Below are positions 8,258 through 18,300 of a stretch of 33,813 nucleotides of DNA, piece after piece. The stretch's first letter is position 1, and each line of letters starts with the position of its first letter. The position numbers and the translations under genes were made by a program. Source of the stretch: a virus (taxonomy: Duplodnaviria; Caudoviricetes); the IMG/VR virus record IMGVR_UViG_3300020043_001840, positions 1-33,813 of that record. The stretch is one strand, 5' to 3'. The notes below the pieces were generated by a model that saw nothing but the letters and a program-made list of their open reading frames with translations, made no database searches and was not told where the DNA came from.

Positions 8258-8785
8258 CTAACTAACAGTCACACCACCTGAGCTACCAGATTTTATGCCA
8301 TACAGGGTTGCCATTGAATATTGTTGGAAAGTATTAGCAGAATCGGAATATAAACTTAGGCTGGTAATGGCTGCAGTGCTATTCCACAATCCAGCAAATA
8401 TTAATTTCGCTGAATTTGTTGCATTATTTTCACCAGTTCCATCAGCAGAAACCGATTTCGCAGTTGACCCAGCATAATTAGGAATATAAGCCATTCCATT
8501 TCCAAAAGTATTTGAAGTCGCAGTTGAGCCTGCTGAGTAGCCTACAAAAATAACAGGAACAGAACCAGAACCAGCAGAAGCGCCATCACCACTTAAATAA
8601 CGGCCGGATAGATTTGTTGTCACACCATTAAATTTAATGTCTATTTCATCAGAATGATTAGCACGGCCAGTTCTTGTGCTAAATACAACCATCAAGTCTG
8701 TATAAGTATTTGGGATGCTTGTGAAGTCAATGCTTGCCGCGCCACCTGAGCCAACGGTGACTTCTGCGATTTTAGTAATAGCCAT
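8258..8785 (-). CDS. Fibre/adhesin tip protein, paralog 3
   Basis: MAITKIAEVTVGSGGAASIDFTSIPNTYTDL...GLWNSTAAITSL...ATLYGI; ATG at 8785 just after upstream stop; ORF-track extension to 8890 is probably not translated. Confidence 0.7.
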   Translation of the reverse strand: MAITKIAEVTVGSGGAASIDFTSIPNTYTDLMVVFSTRTGRANHSDEIDIKFNGVTTNLSGRYLSGDGASAGSGSVPVIFVGYSAGSTATSNTFGNGMAYIPNYAGSTAKSVSADGTGENNATNSAKLIFAGLWNSTAAITSLSLYSDSANTFQQYSMATLYGIKSGSSGGVTVS

Positions 8786-8787
8786 GA

Positions 8788-9258
8788 CTAACTCACAATC
8801 GCATAGAGGCTCAGGGTGCTGCCAGCAGAAAACACATTTACTCCCGCGCGATACACAGTCATCGAAGTGACAGCCGAAGTCGAAGCCCACCTACCAGCAA
8901 CCGCACCAACCACTGCAGTATCAGAACTTCGGCTGAGTGTTGACTTGTGCTTATTGGTAGCACTGTAATCCATCACATCAAAGGTGAAAGGGGTCAAGCC
9001 TGAACCAATGTAACCCGCCGAAATAAAAGTTGTTCCGCCAGTTCCAGAAACAGCACCGCTTGACTGCCCAAACATATACACTCGCGAATAGTTTGAACCA
9101 CCATCGCCATTGAATTGGATCAAAATGTCATCGCTAATTCCTCCAGCATTTACTACAAGGCGAAGGTCGCGGAAGGTTGCAGGGATGTTGCTGAAAGTGA
9201 TTGTGGTTTGTGAACCAGTCAAGGTCAGGTTTGCGAGTGCTACCATTGCATTTGCCAT
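8788..9258 (-). CDS. Fibre/adhesin tip protein, paralog 2
   Basis: TLTGSQTTITFSNIPATFRDLRLV...FNGDGGSNYS...DYSATNKHKS...GRWASTSAVTS...GSTLSLYAI; SD aaggaagg. Confidence 0.72.
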   Translation of the reverse strand: MANAMVALANLTLTGSQTTITFSNIPATFRDLRLVVNAGGISDDILIQFNGDGGSNYSRVYMFGQSSGAVSGTGGTTFISAGYIGSGLTPFTFDVMDYSATNKHKSTLSRSSDTAVVGAVAGRWASTSAVTSMTVYRAGVNVFSAGSTLSLYAIVS

Positions 9259-9272
9259 AAGTTAGCCTTCCT

Positions 9273-9854
9273 TTATTTCAGGCCGTAAAGGCTGAATCGG
9301 CTGCCAGTAACAAAGTTGAAAGCGGATGAAGAACCAAACACCAAACTAGTAACCGCTGAAGTAGACAGCCAAGCCGCCGACCAAAGACCAACATAAGTGT
9401 TACCCGCAGAACCGACATTGCCATATAAAGAGCGAACAGTTTTATTTTTGCTTGTGTTAGAAAAATCAAGAATGTCCACAATGCTAGTTGCGAAGCCATT
9501 GCTAACATCCGACTGCATTGCATTGCCAACTCTTGCAGAGGTTTGACTTGTGCCAGCGGCTGAGAGGGCTGATGAGCCATTGCCGTAAAGAATGTGCCAA
9601 GCATAGTTTGAACCGCTATCGCCATTTATTTGCATAGTCACATCGAACATTGAACTAACCGACTTAGCGGTGTATCTAATCTGTAGATGCTTGTAAGCAG
9701 CAGCCGAAGTTCCCAACCCTGAGAAGGTCACAGAAGCAGCAGATGAACCTAGAACAGTCGTGCTGATCAGTTCATAGTCTGCCGCAGCCGTAGTCGGACC
9801 GTATCTACGCCAAGCTCTAGCTGTCGCATTTCCAATTGTTTGAAGTAAAGGCAT
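9273..9854 (-). CDS. Fibre/adhesin tip protein, paralog 1
   Basis: MPLLQTIG N-terminal peptide; YELISTTVLGSSAASVTFS...YKHLQIR...NGDSGSNYAWH...DFSNTSKNKTVR...W.STSAVTS...GSRFSLYGLK. Confidence 0.72.
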   Translation of the reverse strand: MPLLQTIGNATARAWRRYGPTTAAADYELISTTVLGSSAASVTFSGLGTSAAAYKHLQIRYTAKSVSSMFDVTMQINGDSGSNYAWHILYGNGSSALSAAGTSQTSARVGNAMQSDVSNGFATSIVDILDFSNTSKNKTVRSLYGNVGSAGNTYVGLWSAAWLSTSAVTSLVFGSSSAFNFVTGSRFSLYGLK

Positions 9855-10431
9855 TATGCCGCCTTAGTTTGCGAAGCCAATACTGTAAAGGTAGCCGAAG
9901 CGGTCTTAATGATCGTGACTGTGTAAATGTCAATTGATGAAGCGTTGCCAGCAGTTGGTGCAGTGCCACCAAGCCACTTAGGGGTAACTGCGGAGCCGTC
10001 GATCTGCCAAGCGTTTGGGTAGTAGGCAGTGGTTCCGTTAGTAACTAGCAAGGTTGCAGTAACTGATTCACCAACAGCCATAAGGGTGTTGAGTGAAACA
10101 GTTGAAGTTGATCGGAAGTTAACGGTTCCTGAGGCGGTAGAGTTTGCTGTAATGTACTGCACTTCACCGCTAGTAGTTACATCGTAGGTATAACCAGCGA
10201 AGCCAGTACCAACAACGGTGACTTTTTCACGGGTTGAACCCTGCAAAAGAACGCCAGTAAGCGATGATACTGAAAGACCGCCGTAAGCAAGAGAGGTCCA
10301 GGCGGTAGAGCCGTCACCAATCTTGAAAAGTTTTGAGTCAGTTTCTAGGCCAAGCTCACCAATGGCAAGGGTAGGGTTAGCCGAGGTCCAGTTCGCGGCA
10401 GTATCGCGCCTGAATTGAATTTGAACAGCCA

Positions 10432-10432
<1 letters not shown>
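9854..10432 (-). CDS. Fibre connector protein with Mtd-N-type (hyaluronidase-N-like) domain
   Basis: MAVQIQFRRDTAANWTSANPTLAIGELGLETDSKLFKIGDGSTAWTSLAY; beta-rich C-terminus KWLGGTAPTAGNASSIDIYTVTIIKTASATFTVLASQT; TAATG coupling. Confidence 0.8.
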
Positions 10433-12257
<1,825 letters not shown>

Positions 12258-12258
<1 letters not shown>

Positions 12259-12515
12259 TAGATAATTCCTCCTCCATCAATGTGCGGAATAGGCGTGTAA
12301 ATCGTGGCGGGATAGCCGCCATCAATATTGAAAATTCCGCCTTCAATGTCAGAGAACTTGATGCGAGCAGAGTTCTTGCCATCGTGATTGTGATTGCCAG
12401 GAGAAGCCTGATTAGGACCTATACCGAGCGTGTGGTGCAAAGCTGTCTTGGCTGAGTCCTTGTCAGAGTTGAGGTGAAAGAAGTTCACTTCCTCTGGAGA
12501 CGCAACATTAGCCAT
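12258..12515 (-). CDS. Small virion protein, possible fibre anchor
   Basis: [32 protein letters not shown] and C-terminal IEGG/IDGG/IDGG; first gene of the fibre operon; leaderless start. Confidence 0.72.
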
Positions 12516-12532
12516 GTTAGAATTCTATCGCA
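12515..12532. promoter_or_regulatory. Palindromic bidirectional -10 element TAGAATTCTA
   Basis: Perfect palindrome 12518-12527 gives TAGAAT on both strands in the 35-nt gap between divergent operons. Confidence 0.7.
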
Positions 12533-12550
12533 TACTTAAAGGAGACGACT

Positions 12551-12991
12551 ATGAGTAAGGCGAAACAAATCGGCACGGCTGCCGAAACTGCTGTACGAAA
12601 CTTTGTACTATCGCAGGGCTACACCGAATTAGAGGCGCACCGCAATGTACTCAAGGGTACAAATGACGAAGGCGATGTCTGGCTGCGCGAACCACTGCGC
12701 GGGCTGATTGTCTTTGAAGTCAAGGGCGGTAAGGCTGCTAAGGAGGCTTCGTATGGACAGATCGAAAAATGGTTCCAAGAAGCAGAGCTCGAAAAGAAAA
12801 ACGCTAATGGGGCTTTTGGCTTCCTTGTTACTCAGCGGGCTGGCGTTGGCTATCCTCGTGCTGGCGAATGGTGGGCTTATGCCAAACTCGGAGACCTTAT
12901 TGAACTTAGGTATCACTTTTCTACTCTCGACCCTACCCTTGTGCGTGTACGCCTTCTCGATCTCGTTAGACTAATCCGTGGCGAAAGATAG
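12551..12991 (+). CDS. Holliday junction resolvase (Hjc-like PD-(D/E)XK)
   Basis: SKAKQIGTAAETAV...DEGDV...VFEVKGG..., W..EAELEK.NA; SD aaggag. Confidence 0.8.
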   Translation: MSKAKQIGTAAETAVRNFVLSQGYTELEAHRNVLKGTNDEGDVWLREPLRGLIVFEVKGGKAAKEASYGQIEKWFQEAELEKKNANGAFGFLVTQRAGVGYPRAGEWWAYAKLGDLIELRYHFSTLDPTLVRVRLLDLVRLIRGER

Positions 12992-14513
12992 CTTCGATCT
13001 CAATGATGTTCTTCTTCGTCTAGGCGAAGGGCTGCAGGAGTCTGTCCACGCGCCTAACTTGTATAACTACAAGCCAAGCGAGAAGCAGCAACTCTTTCAC
13101 GAGATGCAGAACAAGGCTCGCCTATACATCGGCGGTAACCGATCAGGTAAGTCTGTAGGTTCCACGCTTGAGGGCATCTACTATGTCACGCACTCGCACC
13201 CATGGCGCAAGACCCCAGAAGGCCCTGTGCGCGGTCGAGTGGTTGCAGTTGACTTCCTGAACGGTGTGGATAAGATTATCCTGCCCTTGTGGAAGCAGTG
13301 GCTTCCTAAGAAGTATTTGATCAATGGCAGCTGGGAAGATTCGTACTCCCGTGAGCGCCATGTGCTCACACTAAACAACGGCAGCTTCGTCGAGTTCATG
13401 TCGCAAGACCAAGACCTTGACAAGTTCGCAGGTTCATCTCGCCACTTCGTTCACTTTGACGAAGAGTGCCCTAAGACCGTTTGGCAAGAATGTCTTGCGC
13501 GTCTAGTGGATACTGACGGCGACTGGTGGATGAGCCAGACTCCCGTGCAAGGCATGGAGTGGATTTTTGATGACGTATTTATACCAGCAAAGGAGGGAAC
13601 TAAGGACATTGGAATTGTTGAAGCAAGCATGGAAGATAACCCAACTCTCTCTAAAGAAGCTATCGCCCGCTACATGGAGGCGCTTACCCCAGAAGAGCGA
13701 CTCATCCGAAAGAACGGACAGTACGTCCATCTTGGCGGTTCAGTCTTTCCAGAATTCAGTCCTCTCACACACTGTATTCCTAAAGGACAGTTCAAACCCA
13801 CTAGCAAGCATCGAATTATTCGAACAATGGATAGCGGATACACCAACCCCACCGTCTGGTTGTGGATGGCAGTTGACGAACATGGCACTATTACAGTCTT
13901 CAAAGAGCACTACCAAGACAAATGGAATGTTGCCCAGCATGCTGAAGTCGTCAACAAAGAGACGAAGCAGATCATCCGAGAGTCTGGCGCAGAAGTCTAT
14001 CTAACTACTGGCGACCCTGCGATCAAGCAGACTAAGGAACACACGGGCACCTCGATCCTGCAGGAGTACGCCAAGCACGGCATCTACATCGCAGTTGATC
14101 AGATTCCTAACGACCGCCGTGTGGGCCTTGAGCGCATCCAGCAGTACATGAAGGTCAACCCAAAGACAGGCAAGCCTTGGCTAATGTTTACGGATGATTG
14201 CCAGCATTTGATCGCTGAGCTGCCCAAGCTGAAGTGGAAGAAGCATGCCTCGCCGAAGGTCGCTGAGCAGAAGAATAAGCTTGAAGACATCCGCGACAAG
14301 GACAATCACTGTTACGACGCGCTGAAGTATGCAATGACTTTTATGGCAGACTTGACACCTGAGGCACAATTCAGCGATAGTAAGCGTGAAGAGTTCCACA
14401 ATATTTTCCGAACCGAATTCAACGCAACAAGCCCAGCTTCCGACTATGATGAAGGCGATGGCTGGGGCAGCCAGTGGCGAGGAAACTCTTCGACACTAGA
14501 ACTAGAAGGATAA
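12978..14513 (+). CDS. terL: Terminase large subunit
   Basis: QQLFH; Walker A GGNRSGKS; Walker B VHFDEE; SQTP coupling motif; RNase H-like MDSGYTNP, GDPA, DNHCYDALKY. Confidence 0.95.
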   Translation: MAKDSFDLNDVLLRLGEGLQESVHAPNLYNYKPSEKQQLFHEMQNKARLYIGGNRSGKSVGSTLEGIYYVTHSHPWRKTPEGPVRGRVVAVDFLNGVDKIILPLWKQWLPKKYLINGSWEDSYSRERHVLTLNNGSFVEFMSQDQDLDKFAGSSRHFVHFDEECPKTVWQECLARLVDTDGDWWMSQTPVQGMEWIFDDVFIPAKEGTKDIGIVEASMEDNPTLSKEAIARYMEALTPEERLIRKNGQYVHLGGSVFPEFSPLTHCIPKGQFKPTSKHRIIRTMDSGYTNPTVWLWMAVDEHGTITVFKEHYQDKWNVAQHAEVVNKETKQIIRESGAEVYLTTGDPAIKQTKEHTGTSILQEYAKHGIYIAVDQIPNDRRVGLERIQQYMKVNPKTGKPWLMFTDDCQHLIAELPKLKWKKHASPKVAEQKNKLEDIRDKDNHCYDALKYAMTFMADLTPEAQFSDSKREEFHNIFRTEFNATSPASDYDEGDGWGSQWRGNSSTLELEG

Positions 14514-14514
14514 A

Positions 14515-14982
14515 ATGAGACACTTTAATTACTTTGAAAACGGCGGTCCTTACCCAGGGTCCTGTGTTTCATGCGGTGCAACCAGAGAGCTATTCGACAT
14601 CGGTGGCACTCGTATCGACGGCGGTAACAACCTACTTTGCAAGAAGTGCTCAGTAGAGCTCGCCCTCTTCCTCGGCTATGTCGATGAAGCCCCGCTGCAA
14701 GAGCAGATGAACATTCTTGAAGCAGACCTAGAAGCACACGAGCGTGAACTCGCTCGCATCCCAGACCATGTAGAGGATCTTATTAATGGAATTCGTAGTC
14801 GCGTTACTGACTTTATCTTTGCTGTTTCTTACAGCGACAACCTTGATGGTGCGGTGGATGCTGAGAAGCCTGAACTTCCAAGCAAGCCAGCAGAAGGAGC
14901 AAGCCACCCTTCAAAGCGAGGTTCTGTTACACCTATCAAACCTGCTGGCAAGCAAGGATCCCCTAGCCTTCCAGCAAGTTAA
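14515..14982 (+). CDS. Zinc-finger plus coiled-coil hypothetical protein
   Basis: PGSCVSCG...LLCKKC, then heptad-like acidic helix; SD gaagga. Confidence 0.7.
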   Translation: MRHFNYFENGGPYPGSCVSCGATRELFDIGGTRIDGGNNLLCKKCSVELALFLGYVDEAPLQEQMNILEADLEAHERELARIPDHVEDLINGIRSRVTDFIFAVSYSDNLDGAVDAEKPELPSKPAEGASHPSKRGSVTPIKPAGKQGSPSLPAS

Positions 14983-15118
14983 TGCCGTAACCAATTATGT
15001 TGAAGAGCCTTTTACAGGACTCATTCAAACAGGTGACGAGCTTGAACTTGCTAGACTAGAGGCTGAGGCTAAATTGATGGACGCTGCATTTGACGCACGC
15101 CTAAGCGATATGGAATAG
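14786..15118 (+). CDS. N-terminally membrane-anchored protein overlapping the upstream gene
   Basis: Hydrophobic MEFVVALLTLSLLFLTATTLMV; SD-like gagga upstream; ends 4 nt before the portal ATG. Confidence 0.6.
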   Translation: MEFVVALLTLSLLFLTATTLMVRWMLRSLNFQASQQKEQATLQSEVLLHLSNLLASKDPLAFQQVNAVTNYVEEPFTGLIQTGDELELARLEAEAKLMDAAFDARLSDME

Positions 15119-15122
15119 GTTT

Positions 15123-17276
15123 ATGGCTAACGAGCAATACTTTGCTGGCAAAGATGGACAATACATTCAGGGTACCGCCATGGAAGGCGATATGACTGAC
15201 GACTCTTTGCTCAACCAGTTCAAGCGCAAGGACGAGTCTAAGAAGCTCGTCGCTTGGGTAAAGTCTGAGTATGAAAAGGCTAAGCAGGCTCGCAAGCTAG
15301 AAGAGCAAGACTGGTACCTCCAGCTTGCTTTCTATAACGGCAAGCAGTATCACGAGTGGGTCGAGAAGGGCAACGGGCAGATCCTCGAAGCCCCTCGCAA
15401 CCCTGCTGGTACCCCGCGTATCACAGTGAACCGCATTGAGCCAATCATCCGTACCGAGATCGCCAAGACTACCTCAGGTCACCCAAGCGCTACCGTCATC
15501 CCAGCGTCAAACGATGACGACGACTTGATGGCAGCACAGGCTGCTGAGCAGGTATGGCAGGCCATGTACGACAAGGCAAACTTCCAGACCGATGTTCTAC
15601 AGAAGTCTGAGTTCTGGCGTGCAGTTACTGGTAACGCATTCATCAAGACTTACTGGGATTCATCAGCCAAGCAGATTGAGCCAACTCCAGTTCAGGATCC
15701 TTACACTGGCGAGAAGAAGGTTATCCAGCAGGTAGTTTCAACTGGCGACGTGGCATACGAAGTAATCACTCCGTTCCACTTGTTCGTCCCAGACACTACT
15801 GAAGAAAACCTAGAGAACCAGCCTTACCTTTTCAATGTCTACACCAAGAGTGAGCAGTGGGTCAAGAGCACCTTCGGCGGAGTTCTACCAAAGGACTTCG
15901 TTCCAACCAAGGTCTCAGCTACTGAGATCCTTGACGCTGCTCTAATGGACAACCGTGGCTCGCTAACCTCAAAGCCTGACGCAGTTCTCGTTATTGAGAT
16001 GTGGGCTAAGCCAAACGGCTGCCCATTCTTGCCAAAGGGTGGCCTAGTGACCATCGTTGACAACGAGATTGTCCAGCTTGCTGAGAACGGCATCCCTTAC
16101 TCTCACAAGATGTACCCATTTGCTCACACCTACAGCATCCCGACTGGAAAATTCTACCGTCGCAGTGTGATCAAGAACCTTATTCCTATCCAGCGTGAGC
16201 TAAACCGCACTCGCTCGCAGATCATTCAGGCAAAGAACCTTATGGCTAAGCCTCAAATGATGTACGACGAGGGCTCAGTTGACCCGAAGAAGGTCTCAGC
16301 TAAGGCTGGTATCTGGATCCCTGTTCGCCCAGGCTTCTCACGCCCAACACCAGTGCCAATTCAGCCACTGCCAAGCTATGTCTTGCAGGAACTAGAGCAC
16401 CTACAGGCAGACTTCGAAGACCTTTCAGGGCAGCACCAGGTTTCTCGCGGAAACTCAGGCGGCGTAACTGCTGCAACTGCAATCAACTACTTGCAGGAGC
16501 GCGACGACTCTTACCTAGCAACTGTGTTCTCAAGCATTGAGGCTGCGATCGAGAAGACCGCCCAGCAGTCGCTCTCATTGTTCATTCAGTACGTAACCAA
16601 CGAGCGCCTAGTAAAGACCACTGGTCTTGATGGATCATTCGATGCGTCAATGCTTTCTGGTGCAGACATTGCTTCAGGTAACGACATCCGCATTGAGTCT
16701 GGCTCAGCTCTTCCAACTTCAAAGTCAGCGCGTCAGTCGTTGATTACTGAATGGATGAAGATGGGCTTTATTTCTCCACAGGACGGCTTGAAGATCCTTG
16801 ACATGGGGATGCTCAAGAACTTCTACAACCTAATCAAGCTTGACGAGAACCACGCATCACGCGAGAACTTGATGATGAAGAAGCTTACCCCTGAAGACAT
16901 TCAGGGCTTCCAGCAGAACTGGGAGCAGGGTGCAGCTAACGGCGATCCTGACAAGGTTGTTCCTGGACAGGTTGACGCTAACGGAGCTCCGATTCCTCTA
17001 CAGGTTCCTGCGGTTATTCAGGTTCACGACTACGACAACCACGCAGTGCACATCGAAGTCCACAACCGTTTCCGCAAGTCACAGTCATTCGAGACTCTCG
17101 ATGACAGCATCAAGGCTGAGTTCCAAAAGCACATCTCGATGCACCAAGCAGCTTTGCAGCAGCAGCAGGCCGAACAAATGGCTATGCAGGCTGCTGTACA
17201 GGGCAACCCACAGGCTTCACCTGAAGCTGCTGGAATGCCAGACCAAACTGGGCAGACAGCTCAGCAACTACAGTAA
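15123..17276 (+). CDS. Portal protein
   Basis: 717 aa between terminase and scaffold; FYNGKQ, TVNRIEP, TGNAFIK.YWD, LIPIQRELNR, TAATAI..LQE, HDYDNHAVHIEVH; Gln-rich tail. Confidence 0.9.
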   Translation: MANEQYFAGKDGQYIQGTAMEGDMTDDSLLNQFKRKDESKKLVAWVKSEYEKAKQARKLEEQDWYLQLAFYNGKQYHEWVEKGNGQILEAPRNPAGTPRITVNRIEPIIRTEIAKTTSGHPSATVIPASNDDDDLMAAQAAEQVWQAMYDKANFQTDVLQKSEFWRAVTGNAFIKTYWDSSAKQIEPTPVQDPYTGEKKVIQQVVSTGDVAYEVITPFHLFVPDTTEENLENQPYLFNVYTKSEQWVKSTFGGVLPKDFVPTKVSATEILDAALMDNRGSLTSKPDAVLVIEMWAKPNGCPFLPKGGLVTIVDNEIVQLAENGIPYSHKMYPFAHTYSIPTGKFYRRSVIKNLIPIQRELNRTRSQIIQAKNLMAKPQMMYDEGSVDPKKVSAKAGIWIPVRPGFSRPTPVPIQPLPSYVLQELEHLQADFEDLSGQHQVSRGNSGGVTAATAINYLQERDDSYLATVFSSIEAAIEKTAQQSLSLFIQYVTNERLVKTTGLDGSFDASMLSGADIASGNDIRIESGSALPTSKSARQSLITEWMKMGFISPQDGLKILDMGMLKNFYNLIKLDENHASRENLMMKKLTPEDIQGFQQNWEQGAANGDPDKVVPGQVDANGAPIPLQVPAVIQVHDYDNHAVHIEVHNRFRKSQSFETLDDSIKAEFQKHISMHQAALQQQQAEQMAMQAAVQGNPQASPEAAGMPDQTGQTAQQLQ

Positions 17277-17284
17277 GGAAAAAT

Positions 17285-18127
17285 ATGTCTGACGAGACGC
17301 AGGTATCACCTGAACAGACTACTGAGATTGATTCTTCAGTAGAGACCGCCGAAGAAACTAAAGTACATCCAGCGTATGATAAGTTGCTCGCTGAGCTGCC
17401 AGAAGCATGGCACTCAAAGGTAACCCCATACCTACAGGAGCAGGACAAGTATTTCCAGCAGCAGCTAGAGAAGTACACTCCGTTCAAGGATCTTGTTGAT
17501 GAGGGAGTTTCGGCTGACCTTATCAAGGGTGGCTTGAACCTTGCTCGTGCGATCGAGAACGACCCTACTGAGGTTTACACTTCACTTCAGACTTACCTGA
17601 AGGACCAGGGCTTGCTAGCTGAGGAAGCTAAGCAGGTTGCTAAGGACCTAATGGAAGAAGAGTCTGGTGAAGACTTCGAGGACATGTTCGAGGGTGAAAA
17701 GATTCCTAAGGCTCTTCAGAAGGAAATCGATGCCCTGAAGGCTAAGCAGTCTGAGGCTGACGACTACATCTACCAGCAGGAACTTGCTAAGGAAACTGAG
17801 AAGTACACTGTCGAGCTTGAGTCTGAGATGGCTAAGCTCAAGTCGCAGCACAACATCAACGAGGCTCACGAGGTTGCGATCTACGACATCATGAACTCTG
17901 CTTTGAACGCAGGCCGTGAGATCTCAGTAGCCGAAGCTGCTAGACAGCTAAGCCAGATGATTCCTGGTGGCTTTGCTCCTGCAGGCCAGTCAGCTGAAGC
18001 CCCAATGGTTGTTGGAAATGCAGGCGGATCGGGCGTTGTAGCCCCAGATCTCAGCATTCCAAAGGACGACAAGGGTAAGCGCGAGATGCTTGCTCAGATG
18101 TTTGACCAGTACAACAAGTCACGCTAA
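17285..18127 (+). CDS. Capsid scaffolding protein
   Basis: Acidic, helical/coiled-coil, located between portal and capsid genes; SD aagga. Confidence 0.75.
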   Translation: MSDETQVSPEQTTEIDSSVETAEETKVHPAYDKLLAELPEAWHSKVTPYLQEQDKYFQQQLEKYTPFKDLVDEGVSADLIKGGLNLARAIENDPTEVYTSLQTYLKDQGLLAEEAKQVAKDLMEEESGEDFEDMFEGEKIPKALQKEIDALKAKQSEADDYIYQQELAKETEKYTVELESEMAKLKSQHNINEAHEVAIYDIMNSALNAGREISVAEAARQLSQMIPGGFAPAGQSAEAPMVVGNAGGSGVVAPDLSIPKDDKGKREMLAQMFDQYNKSR

Positions 18128-18130
18128 ACT

Positions 18131-18198
18131 AAAAGCACAGCGGTAAAAGTTTCGTCTTTTACCTTAAGCCCCTTCAGCAATGGAGGGGCTTTGCTTTT
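18131..18198 (+). terminator. Structured element after scaffold gene: two hairpins closed by an outer stem, probably a terminator
   Basis: ggtaaaag-tttcgt-cttttacc (18142-18163); aagccccttca-gcaa-tggaggggctt (18166-18191); aaaagca (18131-18137) pairs with tgctttt (18192-18198); T-rich tail. Confidence 0.65.
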
Positions 18199-18199
18199 C

Positions 18200-18300
18200 T
18201 GCTATAAACTATTAGTGTCTACGTACAGCCACCTAAGAGTGGTCAGGGCAGAGGGCACAAATAATCTTTGTTTTACAACTTACTCTTAGGAGAGTGAATC
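18200..18300 (+). promoter_or_regulatory. Capsid gene promoter (TGCTATAAACT) and structured 5' leader
   Basis: -10 TAAACT 18205-18210; stem-loop 18215-18258; cctaagagt (18232-18240) complementary to actcttagg (18282-18290), overlapping SD aggaga. Confidence 0.6.

Noticed and set aside
8786-8890. N-terminal extension of the 8258-8890 ORF
   Set aside because: Overlaps the upstream paralog; similarity to the paralogs begins at ATG 8785
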